Below are positions 48,711 to 60,930 of a stretch of DNA of 64,000 nt, one piece after another. The stretch comes from Macrostomum hystrix. Its lineage: Eukaryota; Animalia; Platyhelminthes. The translations under genes and the position numbers were made by a program. Each line of letters starts with the position of its first letter. Positions within the stretch are counted from its first letter, which is position 1. The stretch spans positions 12,586,001 to 12,650,000 of the forward strand of contig CATNEN010000003.1 in the NCBI GenBank assembly GCA_950097015.1. Reading direction: 5' to 3'. The notes beneath the pieces were generated by a model. It did no database searches. It had not been told where the DNA came from and was given only the letters and a program-made list of their open reading frames with translations.

Positions 48711-51186
48711 CGATACATATCGGAATCGATTCCAACATTAGATTTTTGAAATTCAATGGGCAGTGTCCTCTCTCCTCTCTCTCGCTCTCTCTCCCTCTCT
48801 CCCTCTCTCTCCCTCTCTCTCTTCTCTCTCTCTTCCCTCTCTTCACTCTCTCTTCCCTCTCTTCTCTCTCTTCCCACTCTTCTCTCTTTTTTCTTCCGTC
48901 TCTCTTCCCTCTCTTCTCTCTTCTCTCTTCCCTCTTCCTCATCTCTCATTTCTTTTCTCTCTCATCTCTCTTTTGTCGCTGTGAATTTCTTCACTTCGCG
49001 TCATAAAAAGTCTTGCATTTTTCTTGTCCTCTTCAAGCTCAACGTCTTTACTGTCGGCCTGACCATAGACTCTGGGCTGCCACATGCGCTCCTGCCCTCG
49101 TACAGGTTTGTGAAAACAATAAATTGATTAAAAGCAGACAGTCAAATGATATCTCTAGGCAAGTACAGCGAATGTGAAGCTCCGTAAACAGTGCAGAGTT
49201 CTTATTAAATAGAGCAAATCACAGCAAACAACATCCAATAACTGTTCACTGGGTAGAAAGTAGCAATGCTATCAAAACGCAGCTTTGATTTCTCCTAGGA
49301 GGATGCCTTACATCCTCAGATCTCCAAGGATCATTTGACTCGTTTTTCAAGTGCAATATATTTCCAAACAAATTGGCTAATGATTTTCAATCTGCGTGTC
49401 TTGTAGGTGAAACATGATGAAACACGATGCAGTCTAAATGTCTCTTTGAAGCGTTTGATCCAAACCTGCGTGTCTGTGCTGCGTTGCTATAATAGTGCAT
49501 TGGTGTCGACGGATTCTTTGACTTGTTTTCTGAAAATATGCACTTCTGTTATTGCTGACACATTTTAGGGATGTCATTTTTCGTCGCTTCATTTTTTTAA
49601 ATATCCTGTTTATTGTCTCTCCAAATTATTTAAGGCCATGAAAGTTTCAGGTAAGCATGCAACACCTCAATAGCACCTGACTTACTTAGGACACATTTTG
49701 ATACCTCGTTTATTAATTAGGCCAATTAATTAACAGCCAATCGCTAATTCAGACACACCTTTAAGATCTCGCTAATAAGGAGCACAGAGAGACGCCACAT
49801 GAATTAAGAAACACTTTAGCACCTTTATCTCTCTCTCTCTTCCCTCTAGATAAAATAAGGGCTGACAGGCATTAAAACTCAATTTAACACATGACGGTTA
49901 AATACAAACCTCGATAACGAAATGACTAATTAGTACAGTCAAATTTTAAGGAATTACTATTTAATAACATCATACTAAGAATAAATGTAAAGACACGTGA
50001 CTTTTAGATAAGCTTTCCTTGCACCTAAAGCTGCTACACCTGAGTTTTCACTTGAAATACTTTAATTGGCTATAGCTTCAAACTCCTCATCTCTCAAAGA
50101 TGTGAAATAAGGCGAGGTTTAAAGGTTCGGTTTTAGAATCAATATTTTATCAAACTGTAAAAAAGTAGAATCAACATTAGCAGGAGTAGAAATTTGAGTG
50201 TAGTTACCGCCCCAGTCCACGGACTGAACAGATGTACACAGCCTATGGACAACTGGGCTAGGTATAGGGATTGATATTTCCCAAAACCCCATCAATCCAG
50301 GGAAGTCCTAATCCCGGGATTGTAGTCCGTCCTGTATCCTGGGAAATACAAGACTGTGTAATTTGACTTTGACTAGTTTGACCATTGAACGAATACAAAA
50401 TAAACAATTAAATATGTGCAAAATTTAAGGAAGAATTAACTATCATGAGGAAAAGACAATTGTCCTTATGTTGTATGCGTTCTTATAACGAAGTTATTGG
50501 TGTGATTTTATCCAATTTTCATAGAGAAAGTCGAAACTATTCCCGGGATTATGAGTCAAGAATCCCAAGTTCCTCAATCCCGGGGAGAACAGCATTCCAG
50601 AAAACTCTGATCCCAGGCTTATTGTGGATTATCATGCACTATTTTTCTCATGCGTCTTAGATACACAACCACCTGTTCAAGCAGAGGGCACTAAAAATCC
50701 TTGATTCCGCCGTGGTTACAAAGCTAATTAGGCATATTGTTCAACAGCACCACATGCCTAAATGAATACTTGTGAGTGATCATTGGCAACAAGCAGTTAG
50801 GCAAGTATCATGTCAGCACTCAAACTACTCCTAGTCAAGTTAGGAGCTCAAAATGCACTTTAGCATAGAGAAACGCACATTAAACTGCAATAACATGTCG
50901 AAACGGCAGCGAATAGCAGCAACAGTACACACACTGCATTATCGAATAATGCAACAATTAAGTTCTCATGCGCATTTCAACAAGCTAACTGGCTTAAGCC
51001 CGATCTGGGCCTTCAATTCTCCACGCCTAGTTAGGCCATTTCCTGTACTCCGAGTCCAAATCGCCCAGCCTATATATAAAACGGTTATAAAATTAGCCCC
51101 ATGCAAAATACGCTCTCTATTAACATATTTATTAGTCACGTTGTGTCGTGCAGTTGAGGCTCTGTATAGCAACACCTGTAAACAAA

Positions 51187-52364
51187 ATGTTCGCTGTGAC
51201 CTTTTGCGTCATATTATCTTCTTTAATGTCGGCAGCATCAGCAACCACAACCACACCTCTAGATGCGATGTCAAATGTGACAAACTTACCTACCGTTGCT
51301 ATGGAAACCACTGCTCGGCAACAGACAGCGTCGCCGCAGCCGCTGCACAAGCTGGACAACATGAGCTTGACGGAGTTCGTCAGCCAGCTGGTGGATCCAA
51401 AGCGCTACGACAATCTGTTCAGGCCCGTGCCAGCCAAAGGCAGCGGTCCCACCAGCGTCCGGGTGAGCATGAAGATTGACAGCTTCGGGCCTGTGAACAT
51501 GATCAACATGGAGTTCGCTGTTGAGCTCATCCTGCTCATGCGCTGGACCGACCCCCGACTGTGCTACACTGGCCACTCCGGGGTCCTGGTGCTCAGCCAG
51601 ATCGCTGAAGCGGTCTGGAAGCCGGGCGTGTTCTTCAAGAACGCCAAGGACGTTGTTCGGCACGACCTTCCATCCAGGAACTTCCTGCTGTGGCTATGGC
51701 CCAACGGCACCCTGCAGTACAACCAGAAGCTCAACATGCGCTTCCACTGCCACATGGACGTGCGAGACTTCCCGTTCGACACGCAGACCTGCGACATGGA
51801 CATCAGCGTGTTCGAGATGCACACGGGAGACCAGGTGCTGGAGTGGTCCGACTACCTGGCAGCTGAGAGCATGTCCAGCAAGGACTCGTCCTCGCTGAGC
51901 CAGTTCTTCGCGCCCGTAGTCAGCTTCGGCAGCGGCAACGCCTTCTCAGATGTCACTCAAAGGAACTTTAGCTACTTATCGGCTAGTTTTGAGCTCAAGC
52001 GAAAGCACTCGTATTATATGCTCTACAACTACCTGCCATCGACTTTCATTGTGTTGGCCACCTGGTCATCTTTCGCCATCGATCACAAGTCACCGCCTGC
52101 TAGAGTGTCTCTGTCCACCGTCTGTTTCCTGGCCCAGATAACTCAGAGTCTAGCGCTGGAAGCTAAACTGCCGAGAGTGTCCTACGTCACAACGCTGGGT
52201 ATCTGGCATATTGGCTGCATTGTGTTTGTCTACCTTTCTCTGCTGGAGTACATGGTAATTAACCTGCTGAGAATTAGAAAGGAACGAAGAAGAAAGCGAC
52301 TGCAAGCTTTGGCAGCGAAACGATCAAGGACTACTTCCAGGGATGTGCCGCAACTGCTAGGCAG

Positions 52365-52397
<33 letters not shown>

Positions 52398-52590
52398 GCA
52401 GCAGCTTCTACTGCAGCAGGACTCGATGCTAAGAGAGACACTGACTAAGCTATTTAAGAGGAAGAAGTCAAACTGGAGGCTTACCCCTGCTAGGTTAGAC
52501 CTGATCTGTCTGTTCCTGTACCCCGCCCTGTTTGGCATCTTCAACATTGTCTATTGGTCCTATTGTGTACCTAGAAGTGCTCTTAGTTGA
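51187..52590 (+). CDS. Intronless Cys-loop ligand-gated anion channel subunit (GABA/glycine-receptor superfamily, divergent)
   Basis: Likely start ATG at 51187 with a signal peptide; YDNLFRP, WTDPRL, VWKPGVFFKN, Cys-loop CHMDVRDFPFDTQTC, M2 PARVSL, LPRVSYVT, M4 RLDLICLFLYP; uninterrupted ORF. Confidence 0.92.
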
Positions 52591-52599
52591 GAAGAAGTA

Positions 52600-52720
52600 G
52601 CAGATGAACTGAGTGACAGATGAACTGAGTGACAGATGAACTGAGTGACAGATGAACTGAGTGACATATGAACTGAGTGACAGATGAACTGAGTGACAGA
52701 TGAAATGAGTGACAGACGAT
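52600..52720. repeat. 16-bp tandem repeat (GATGAACTGAGTGACA)n just after the stop codon
   Basis: About 7 copies. Confidence 0.85.
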
Positions 52721-54075
52721 GGACTGAGAGATAAACCGAGCTGAATAATTTCTTTGGCCCACTAAAATTCAGTGTCATTTTAACTTGGTGTTTTTATGTT
52801 AGCTTTTTAACTTAACAGACTTCTGTCTCAGGAGGCTTACTAATTAATTTATAACGCTTCACATGTTTTTCTCGGCAAAACACCAGCAAAGTCTTCAAAG
52901 GCGCAGATTCCGTTCAAAGGAAAGTTATTATTGGCTCATTTGTAGTTTCTGTGCTAATTTTTTTCCTAAATCAGTTCACTATTCCAGTTGATTTAACAAA
53001 GGCTATTGTCTGTTACTAGAAATATCTCCTGATACTTAGTGTTCTCTATAAAGGTATCGGATATTGCAGTCTATACATAATCCACTACTAATCCTTTACA
53101 AAGCTTATTTCTTAGGGCTTACCTGCCCGAGTCTTTATACTAAACCTTCGGCTGCTCATCCTGCTTAGGGGTTTAATATTTCATGTTTAAGCTATTTATT
53201 ATAATGCATCTGAATACCAATATGCTTAGTCTTCCATTCTTATGGGAGGATATTTATCAAAGATTCACTTGACTAAATTTATAGTTGGTAAACTAATTAT
53301 GTTAGCGAATTTCGGTGAAACAACCAATTGTAATAAATACAATCTCTTCCGCTAGTTAATTTATGCAATTAGATTCTGCAAGTGTGTTGTCTAATTAACC
53401 TGTGCAGAGAAACACACGTGTTAAGCAACTAGACCAGATTTAAGAGCTAAGGAAGTTACCGATGACTAATTTGATTTGCTTGCATGGGCAATAGGACATG
53501 GGCAATGAAAAGTACAAAGTTTAAAAGTGTAGACAAACAGAAAGAGTCGAAAAAATGTTTGTCATAAATCTTAACTGGCCCATCCATCTCATAGAAGGAA
53601 CTGAATAATGTTTGTCTTTTGCATAGGCTAACAAGTTGTCAGTTAAGCCCAACTTAAAAGTCTGAAACAGAGAGAAAGAAAGTAAATCAACAAAGCTATG
53701 CTTTCTTTCGGCACTAAACAGTTAGCAATGGGACTGCTGGAAGTTGACACAGAAGAACACAAAAACACAGAAGAAACGGACGATAAGCAAGGAAAAACTG
53801 TTTTATTTTCTAATATAAGCAATTTATATTTATTCGATATCATCACCGCCATTCGAAATTTATCGACTATTCAATTAAAGTACAGCCTTTTCGACATAGC
53901 AAAGACAAACTTATTTTAATACTATAAGTAGCTTATCAAATCCGCAGTCCCTGTTCAGCTTCCTCGATCCGGATTGGTTGACGATAATTGACCAAGGCTC
54001 GGATGGAGTTGACTGCCATAATCCCTCTATAAAAGGCAGATTTCAGCCCTGTCAAACGCATCCATTAATGCAACC

Positions 54076-55767
54076 ATGAAGATCAACTTGAGCAGGTCGA
54101 ATATGGCCTTTCACGACTTGCCCCAGCTGGACTCCGAGGCATTTCTGCGCCAGCTGCACAACGCTAACCTCACTGGAAACATCGAGCTGTCTGACTACCT
54201 GAACCGACTCAGTCAGGCCAGTCTGGAGTTCCGCGACCGTCTCGCCGCGAGATTCGGTCCAGTTCGCGAGCTGCTGGCCAGTGCCATTGTTGCTATGGCC
54301 CTGGTCTCAGTGCTTGGCAACGGCCTCGTCTGCCTGGTCCTCCAGCGAAAGCCTCAGCTGCGCAGCGCAACGAACATCTTCCTGCTGAACCTGTCGATCG
54401 CCCAGATGCTCATGGCTTTCGTGGCCGTGCCCATCAACCTGGTCAAGACCTTCTACCTGTTCGACGGCTGGCGTCTTGGCCGCGCTGCCTGCGCCCTGGC
54501 GTACTTCACCAACAGCCTCTGCACGAGCGTCGGTTCCTTTACTCTGGTCTGCGTCGCCTTGGAGCGCCACCGAGTCATTGTGTCGCCGCTGAAACGCCGC
54601 ATCAGCAAATCCGGCGTCCTGCTGATGGTCGCGGCCTGCTGGCTCGCGGGTTGCCTTCTGGCCGCCCTGAGCGTCGTGCCCGCCTTCGCTAACAACGGCA
54701 GCGAAAGCAGCAGCCACGATGTCGGCATGGAAGACAAGGGCTCAGAGAAGGCCACTTTAATTAACAGGGCCATCAAGGCCAACGGTACATCTGCCCGACG
54801 AGTCTACGCCATGGAATTCGACTCAGTTTGCGCCTTCGTAGCTGCCGAAGCCTCCGCCAAACGTCGACTAGCTTTCACTGGTGCCGCGTTTGTTCTGCAG
54901 TACCTTCTGCCGTTACTGCTAATCGTGTTTGCCTACGCCCGAGTGATTCGCACACTGTGGATCTCCAAGGCGGCCTTTTTCGGACGCAACAGCAGCGGAA
55001 ACAACAACAACAATGACAACAACAATCGAAACAATGCTAACGCACATAACAACCTGATAAACAATGAAAATTTAAATAGAATCAACAACGGCATCGACTT
55101 TCACGGCATTAACAATCGATTCAATAATCGACTCAGTTATCAGCTCAATCCGTCATCGGATCGAACATCTAACAGCGTCGGCTTGGCCACTCGCCGTCGC
55201 AGCATCCTCATGCTGCTGCTGGTCGTCGCTCTGTTCTTCATCTCTTGGTCTCCGCTGCATCTGTTTGTAATCAGCAGCAACTGGCGCACAGTGTATGAGC
55301 CGAGAAATGAGATACTGCTGCATGGCATCTGCTATTGGATCGCCATGAGCAATATCTGGTACAACCCCATCATCTACGCCTGGCTGAACGCTCGGTTCCG
55401 TCGAGCTCTGCACCAGATTCTGTGCCAGCGTCGACGAGGCAACAACGGAAACAACAACAACAACAACAACAATGACCGTGCCGCCGGTAGTCGTAACAAT
55501 CGCAACCGTTGCCGCTGGCGCGGTCGGCGTCGTTCGGCCGATTACAATCGCGACTTGGCCGCCGCGCGGCACGCCGTCAACTCGCGCATGGAGATGCATC
55601 TGCACGACAACCGGGCTGCTCGGCTGGCCGCAGCTGAGGCTGCCGCTCTGGCTGCCGTGCGAGCCGCTGCCATCGCCGCCGCGCAGAAAGCTCAGAGCGA
55701 CGGCAGCCAGGAGGCCGGAAGCAGCCGGAAGACTGGAAAAGCTGCCACTGAGCCGACCGCCTGTTGA
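54076..55767 (+). CDS. Intronless neuropeptide GPCR (GPR83/luqin-RYamide/NPY-receptor-like)
   Basis: GNGLVC, TNIFLLNLSI, WRLGRAAC, ERHRVIVSPLKRRIS, QYLLPL, FFISWSPLH, CYWIAMSN..YNPIIYAWLNARFR; Asn-rich third intracellular loop and C-tail; TATAAAA at 54028-54034. Confidence 0.93.
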   Translation: MKINLSRSNMAFHDLPQLDSEAFLRQLHNANLTGNIELSDYLNRLSQASLEFRDRLAARFGPVRELLASAIVAMALVSVLGNGLVCLVLQRKPQLRSATNIFLLNLSIAQMLMAFVAVPINLVKTFYLFDGWRLGRAACALAYFTNSLCTSVGSFTLVCVALERHRVIVSPLKRRISKSGVLLMVAACWLAGCLLAALSVVPAFANNGSESSSHDVGMEDKGSEKATLINRAIKANGTSARRVYAMEFDSVCAFVAAEASAKRRLAFTGAAFVLQYLLPLLLIVFAYARVIRTLWISKAAFFGRNSSGNNNNNDNNNRNNANAHNNLINNENLNRINNGIDFHGINNRFNNRLSYQLNPSSDRTSNSVGLATRRRSILMLLLVVALFFISWSPLHLFVISSNWRTVYEPRNEILLHGICYWIAMSNIWYNPIIYAWLNARFRRALHQILCQRRRGNNGNNNNNNNNDRAAGSRNNRNRCRWRGRRRSADYNRDLAAARHAVNSRMEMHLHDNRAARLAAAEAAALAAVRAAAIAAAQKAQSDGSQEAGSSRKTGKAATEPTAC

Positions 55768-55863
55768 TGTCGCGGTTGTGGTATTGACAGTAGGACTACC
55801 AATCCATTTTGCTGCCCCGTTTTTATACCAGGGTAGGCCATTTTTGTGTCAAGATAAACAAAA

Positions 55864-56177
55864 CGTCAAGATATTCATCGGTTCTGGCAGATGGTCAGAT
55901 TTTTCCCATATGAGCTAGTGTATTTCAAACCTCCATGCAGGAATTCGCACTGCGCCTCAGTATCATTATTAGTTATCAGCATTAGCATGTCACCCGAATG
56001 TGCCTGCATCATCTCCGACTTCGGTGGTCACCGACTTTTATTTAGACGGAGCTGCTGGATCTTTGACAAGTAGTCAAATCCTCAGTCAAATCAGAGCCTC
56101 GATATTGTTTGTATGAAATGCACTAAATCATATAGAAAAAGTCTGACCAGCAACCAGAACCGATGAATATCTCGACG
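55864..56177. mobile_element. MITE-like element with ~40-bp imperfect TIRs
   Basis: CGTCAAGATATTCATCGGTTCTGG...GGTCAGATTTTT versus AAAAAGTCTGACC...CCAGAACCGATGAATATCTCGACG; no TSD seen; a similar end occurs at ~57185. Confidence 0.7.
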
Positions 56178-56416
56178 GTGTGAAGAGCTAGCGACTTGAT
56201 TCTTGCTTCAGAAGATGCTAGTGTTCTTTAGTTTTGTGTGCTTGCGTCGTTCCGTTCGGGTGCTGCACAACAATTGTCTCCCTCTTGGTAGTTCTACTGT
56301 TATTTGGATTTATAGCTCAAGAGTGAGTACTTGCTGGAGTCTGTGGACGTGTTTAATAATTAGTTAATAATTAATGATTGCAGGAGGGCTGCCGGCAATG
56401 GCACATCATTTGGTGA

Positions 56417-56715
56417 CACTAGACACGCAGCCAGCGAAGAGGCAATTCTGCCCATTTCGCTGACTCCTGAGCACACATGCACACAGATAACGTTCTCACA
56501 CAGGGTGTGTACATCTGCCCTAAATTTCTCATCGTCAGGCAGTGTACACTCTCACTGTGCTTTGGAGGTTGGCCCTCAAGGGCGTAAATTGCACGAAAAG
56601 CCCCCAAGCCTTCTCTCCGCGGCTGCGCCCCAAATAAATGTGGCCTCGCCGTGGAATCGAACTTATAGACCATGGTTCGAGAGGAAAACGCGTTAACCGC
56701 TCTGCCACCGAACCC
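56417..56715 (-). mobile_element. SINE family B, near full-length with tRNA-like head
   Basis: Minus strand GGTGGCAGAGCGGTTAACGCG (A box) ... AGTTCGATTCC (B box); body shared with 22080-22308 and 41737-42105, fragments at ~35515-35610 and ~46240-46322. Confidence 0.85.
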
Positions 56716-58369
56716 CGAACGCGTTAACCGCTTTTTTTCTAAATTTTGTTCAAACGAAATTTTATTAGGGTTTTTAAGGAATTCTTACATGACTGAACAT
56801 TTATGTATTGACACTGATCGTTTTGATTGTTGGTTAGATAAGTATCATAGTTTTTTGTTTTTCTCTGTCGTGGTTTAACTTTCCGGTGTGCATTTGAACT
56901 ATTTCGTCGGTGTTTGTAAATTGTTTTAACGACTGAGTAAAGTGAGTTTATGCTATTACATGCTTTTTTATGTTCGTATTCTCGTATTTTATTGATTAGG
57001 GCAATGAGACTATATATTTTGAGACTCAAGTAACAGTAGAAAGACAACAGCTGTATTTCATTTAACCACATTTTTTCTGTATCTCCAAAACTGTCCCTTC
57101 AATCGCCATGAATATTCAGTACTCAGGCTAAAATTTTCTGCTCTATCCGATGAAACAACTTTCAGAATCCCAAAACATCGGCATCGTCAAGATATTCAAC
57201 GATTCTCGTCGGGATGTCTGGTGGCAAGACCCACAGATATAGGCAAACCGACAGTCACCACCGATGCTCCTGACGGCAATGAAAGGGACCCTGCTGGTGC
57301 CTGGGATGTTGAGAACAAAGGTATCTACGACAGATTAACTCAGGTAATTAAACCAATATGGATTCGCCTAGTGGTTTATACAGATCAATGCCAGTTGTCC
57401 TTGTCACCAGGCTCTTTGAAAGTTTGTTGTTCATCGTCCAGTAAGGGAAAATGTTGATCCATACGATGGACTTTCACGAAAATCAATCCTTAGGTTTTGG
57501 GAGCTGTGGTGAAGCAGGCAGTGGGTATTTGAAATGCCTTGTGGTCATTGCCCAGGGAAAAATAGCGTTTATTTGTTAGTTTTTTGTATATTTATATATT
57601 TACCTGTTGTCTGTTTGTTCGTTCACATTTCGGTAATATACATAGATACGAGTATAAGATAATATACACTAATTGCTTAATGAGTTCTCTAGAAACACAC
57701 TTCTATAACCTTCTTAGAATGGATGTCAAGTCTATTGATTTGTTTTAATTGCTCGCTTATATTAAAGTAATTTGGCACCATTAAGTTATCATAACAAATG
57801 AGATTTTTTTAATTTAAATTTGTTTTTTTATTGAACCGATTTAATGTTCAAACATGAAATAATATGGTTTGTCTCGTCTCACAAAACAAATGTAAGTATT
57901 TATTAGACAAAAGGAATTGGAAAGCTCGTTTTGTACTGTCGTACTTTCTGTCCTTCAATCGCCACGCTGGTGTTTTTTATTATCAAGGAAATTGGTTGCA
58001 TGAAAGTTACGGCTCTGTCTCCAGTTTCAGTCTTGTTTATTGTCATGCACCTGACACTGAAAAAATACAGCACGTGTAAATTTTAAGTCAAAAAGGAGTT
58101 GGAACTTATTGTGTTTTGTGTTTTAAATCATTCGATTAAAATTGCTTGTGTTTTATTGTGCGACCAGAATTTAATTTCGAGATAACTCGTTGTCATCGTC
58201 TGAATTTTAATTGTAACATTGGTCTAAATCAAAGTTGCTATTGTTGGTTTGCTTGGACATTAAATTCTCTTTTATATTAAGAAAATCACAACACTTTTTT
58301 CATCGTTTAAAGCAAAGTGTCGTCGAATTTTTATTTTTAATTTGTGTAAGACACCATGCTACACTTTAG

Positions 58370-59010
58370 TGACTCCGATGCATATTCTGTCACTCCGCTG
58401 CTTCCTCTGTCACTCCGCTGCTTCCTCTGTCACTCCAATGCTTCCTCTGTCACTACGATGCTTCCTCTGTCACTCCAATGCTTCCTCTGTCACTCCGGTG
58501 CTTCCTCTGTCACTCCAATGCTTCCTCTGTCACTCCAATGCTTCCTCTGTCACTCCGATGCTTCCTCTGTCACTCCAATGCTTCCTCTGTCACTCCGGTG
58601 CTTCCTCTGTCACTCCAATGCTTCCTCTGTCACTCCGATGCTTCCTCTGTCACTCCAATGCTTCCTTTGTCACTACAATGCTTCATCTGTCACCCCAATG
58701 CTTCCTCTGTCATCCCGATGCTTCCTCTGTCACTCCGATGCTTCCTCTGTCACTCCAATGCTTCCTTTGTCACTACAATGCTTCATCTGTCACCCCAATG
58801 CTTCCTCTGTCATCCCGATGCTTCCTCTGTCACTCCAATGCTTCCTCTGTCACTCCAATGCTTCCTCTGTCACTCCAATGCTTCCTCTGTCACTCCAATG
58901 CTCCATCTGTCACTCCGATGCTTCCTCTGTCACTCCAATGCTTCCTCTGTCACTCCAATGCTTCATCTGTCACTCCGATGCTTCCTCTGTCACCCCAATG
59001 CTTCCCCTAA
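58370..59010. repeat. 20-bp minisatellite (CTTCCTCTGTCACTCC[A/G]ATG)n
   Basis: About 31 copies. Confidence 0.97.
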
Positions 59011-59564
59011 CACACCGATGCCTCAGAAGCGACATCTGACATTTGATGCAACAACTTCAGATCTTAAGAATCGACATCTTGAGAATCGACTTCTGCAGAG
59101 TCGTTGAGCACAAATCCATTGCTTGACTCATCAGGTGGCGAGGCAGCGACAATTTTTGTCAGTTTTCTTTCCATCGATACGGGCTTGGGCGTTGCTGCTT
59201 CCGGTTTGCAGACGTCGGCCCACCCCCGTAACGCCAGAGTTTTGTCGACAACTTCTGCGGGCTTAACGTGGGTGGAGAATTACGATGGGCGGCGATAGCA
59301 GACACAAGTGTGTGCCATGGCCAGTTACACCTACCAGCAGAAAAAACGAGTTGATTTTTTGTTTAAATCCATCCTTACGCCGCCTCCACCCCCACGATGG
59401 GCAATTAATTGCTGGGGCGTTAATCAGACACGTGGATGATGAGGCACGGCTTGAGAATGATTTGACACCCGTGTCATAAAAAACTACTCAATCAATGTCC
59501 GCTGAGCTGGCGAGCTTTTCTCAAAATGGCGGAGGTCCTCAGTTCGATTCTGCAACTGAGACGA

Positions 59565-60930
59565 TTCTCAAGAATCATCACAGATCCTCAAGAACAGTCC
59601 CAAATCCTCAAAACTCGTCCCCAATCCTGAAAAATTGTCATTATTCATCAAAAAGTTCAAAATCTTGATGAATCGTCCCAAATCCTGAAGAATCATCCCA
59701 AATCCTGAAGAATCATCCCAAATCCTGAAGAATCATCCCAAATCCTCAAGAATCATCCCAAATCCACAAGAACCGTCCCAAATCCTCAAGAACCGTCCCA
59801 AATCCCCAAGAACCGTCACAAATCCTCAGGAATCGTCCCGAATCCTCAGGAATCGTCTCAAATTCTCAAAAATAATCCCAAATCCTAAAGAATCATCCCA
59901 TATCCTCAAGAATCATCCCAAATCCTCAAGAACCGTCCCAAATCCCCAAGAACCGTCACAAATCCTCAGGAATCGTCCCGAATCCTCAGGAATCGTCTCA
60001 AATTCTCAAAAATAATCCCAAATCCTAAAGAATCATCCCAAATCCTGAAGAATCATCCCAAATCCACAAGAACCGTCCCAAATCCTCAAGAACCGTCCCA
60101 AATCCCCAAGAACCGTCACAAATCCTCAGGAATCGTCCCGAATCCTCAGGAATCGTCTCAAATTCTCAAAAATAATCCCAAATCCTAAAGAATCATCCCA
60201 AATCCTGAAGAATCATCCCAAATCCACAAGAACCGTCCCAAATCCTCAAGAACCGTCCCAAATCCCCAAGAACCGTCACAAATCCTCAGGAATCGTCCCG
60301 AATCCTCAGGAATCGTCTCAAATTCTCAAAAATAATCCCAAATCCTAAAGAATCATCCCAAATCCTCAAGAATCATCCCAAATCCTCAAGAACCGTCCCA
60401 AATCCCCAAGAACCGTCACAAATCCTCAGGAATCGTCCCGAATCCTCAGGAATCGTCTCAAATTCTCAAAAATAATCCCAAATCCTAAAGAATCATCCCA
60501 AATCCTGAAGAATCATCCCAAATCCACAAGAACCGTCCCAAATCCTCAAGAACCGTCCCAAATCCTCAAGAACCGTCCCAAATCCCCAAGAACCGTCACA
60601 AATCCTCAGGAATCGTCCCAAATTCTCAGGAATCGTCCCGAATCCTCAGGAATCGTCCCAAATTCTCAAAAGTAATCCCAAATCCTCAAGAATCATCCCA
60701 AATCCTCAGGAATCGTTTAAAATCCTCAGAAACCATCGCGAATCTCGAAAAATTGTCATAAATCATCAACAAACGTCCAAAATCCTGTTGAAACTAGAGA
60801 ATCGCTTAAAAATTACCAGAATCATTACAATCCACAGAAATCGTCATAATTCACCAGAATCGTCTTAAACCCATGGTAGCCATCTAAAATCTATGAGAAT
60901 CGTCAGAAATTTTCGAAAATCATCTAGTGT
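59565..60930. repeat. 20-bp minisatellite (AATCCTCAAGAATCGTCCCA)n with higher-order structure
   Basis: Diagnostic monomer AATCCCCAAGAACCGTCACA at 59801, 59941, 60101, 60261, 60401 and 60581. Confidence 0.95.

Larger units (their letters stand above)
47160..48970. repeat. Polypyrimidine (CT-rich) complex microsatellite interrupted by a ~150-bp unique island
   Basis: Units such as CTTCCCTCT and CTTCTCTCTCT; unique insert at ~48614-48765. Confidence 0.97.

Noticed and set aside
50270-50620. Possible MITE with ATCCCGGGAT subrepeats
   Set aside because: Termini too degenerate and no TSD.
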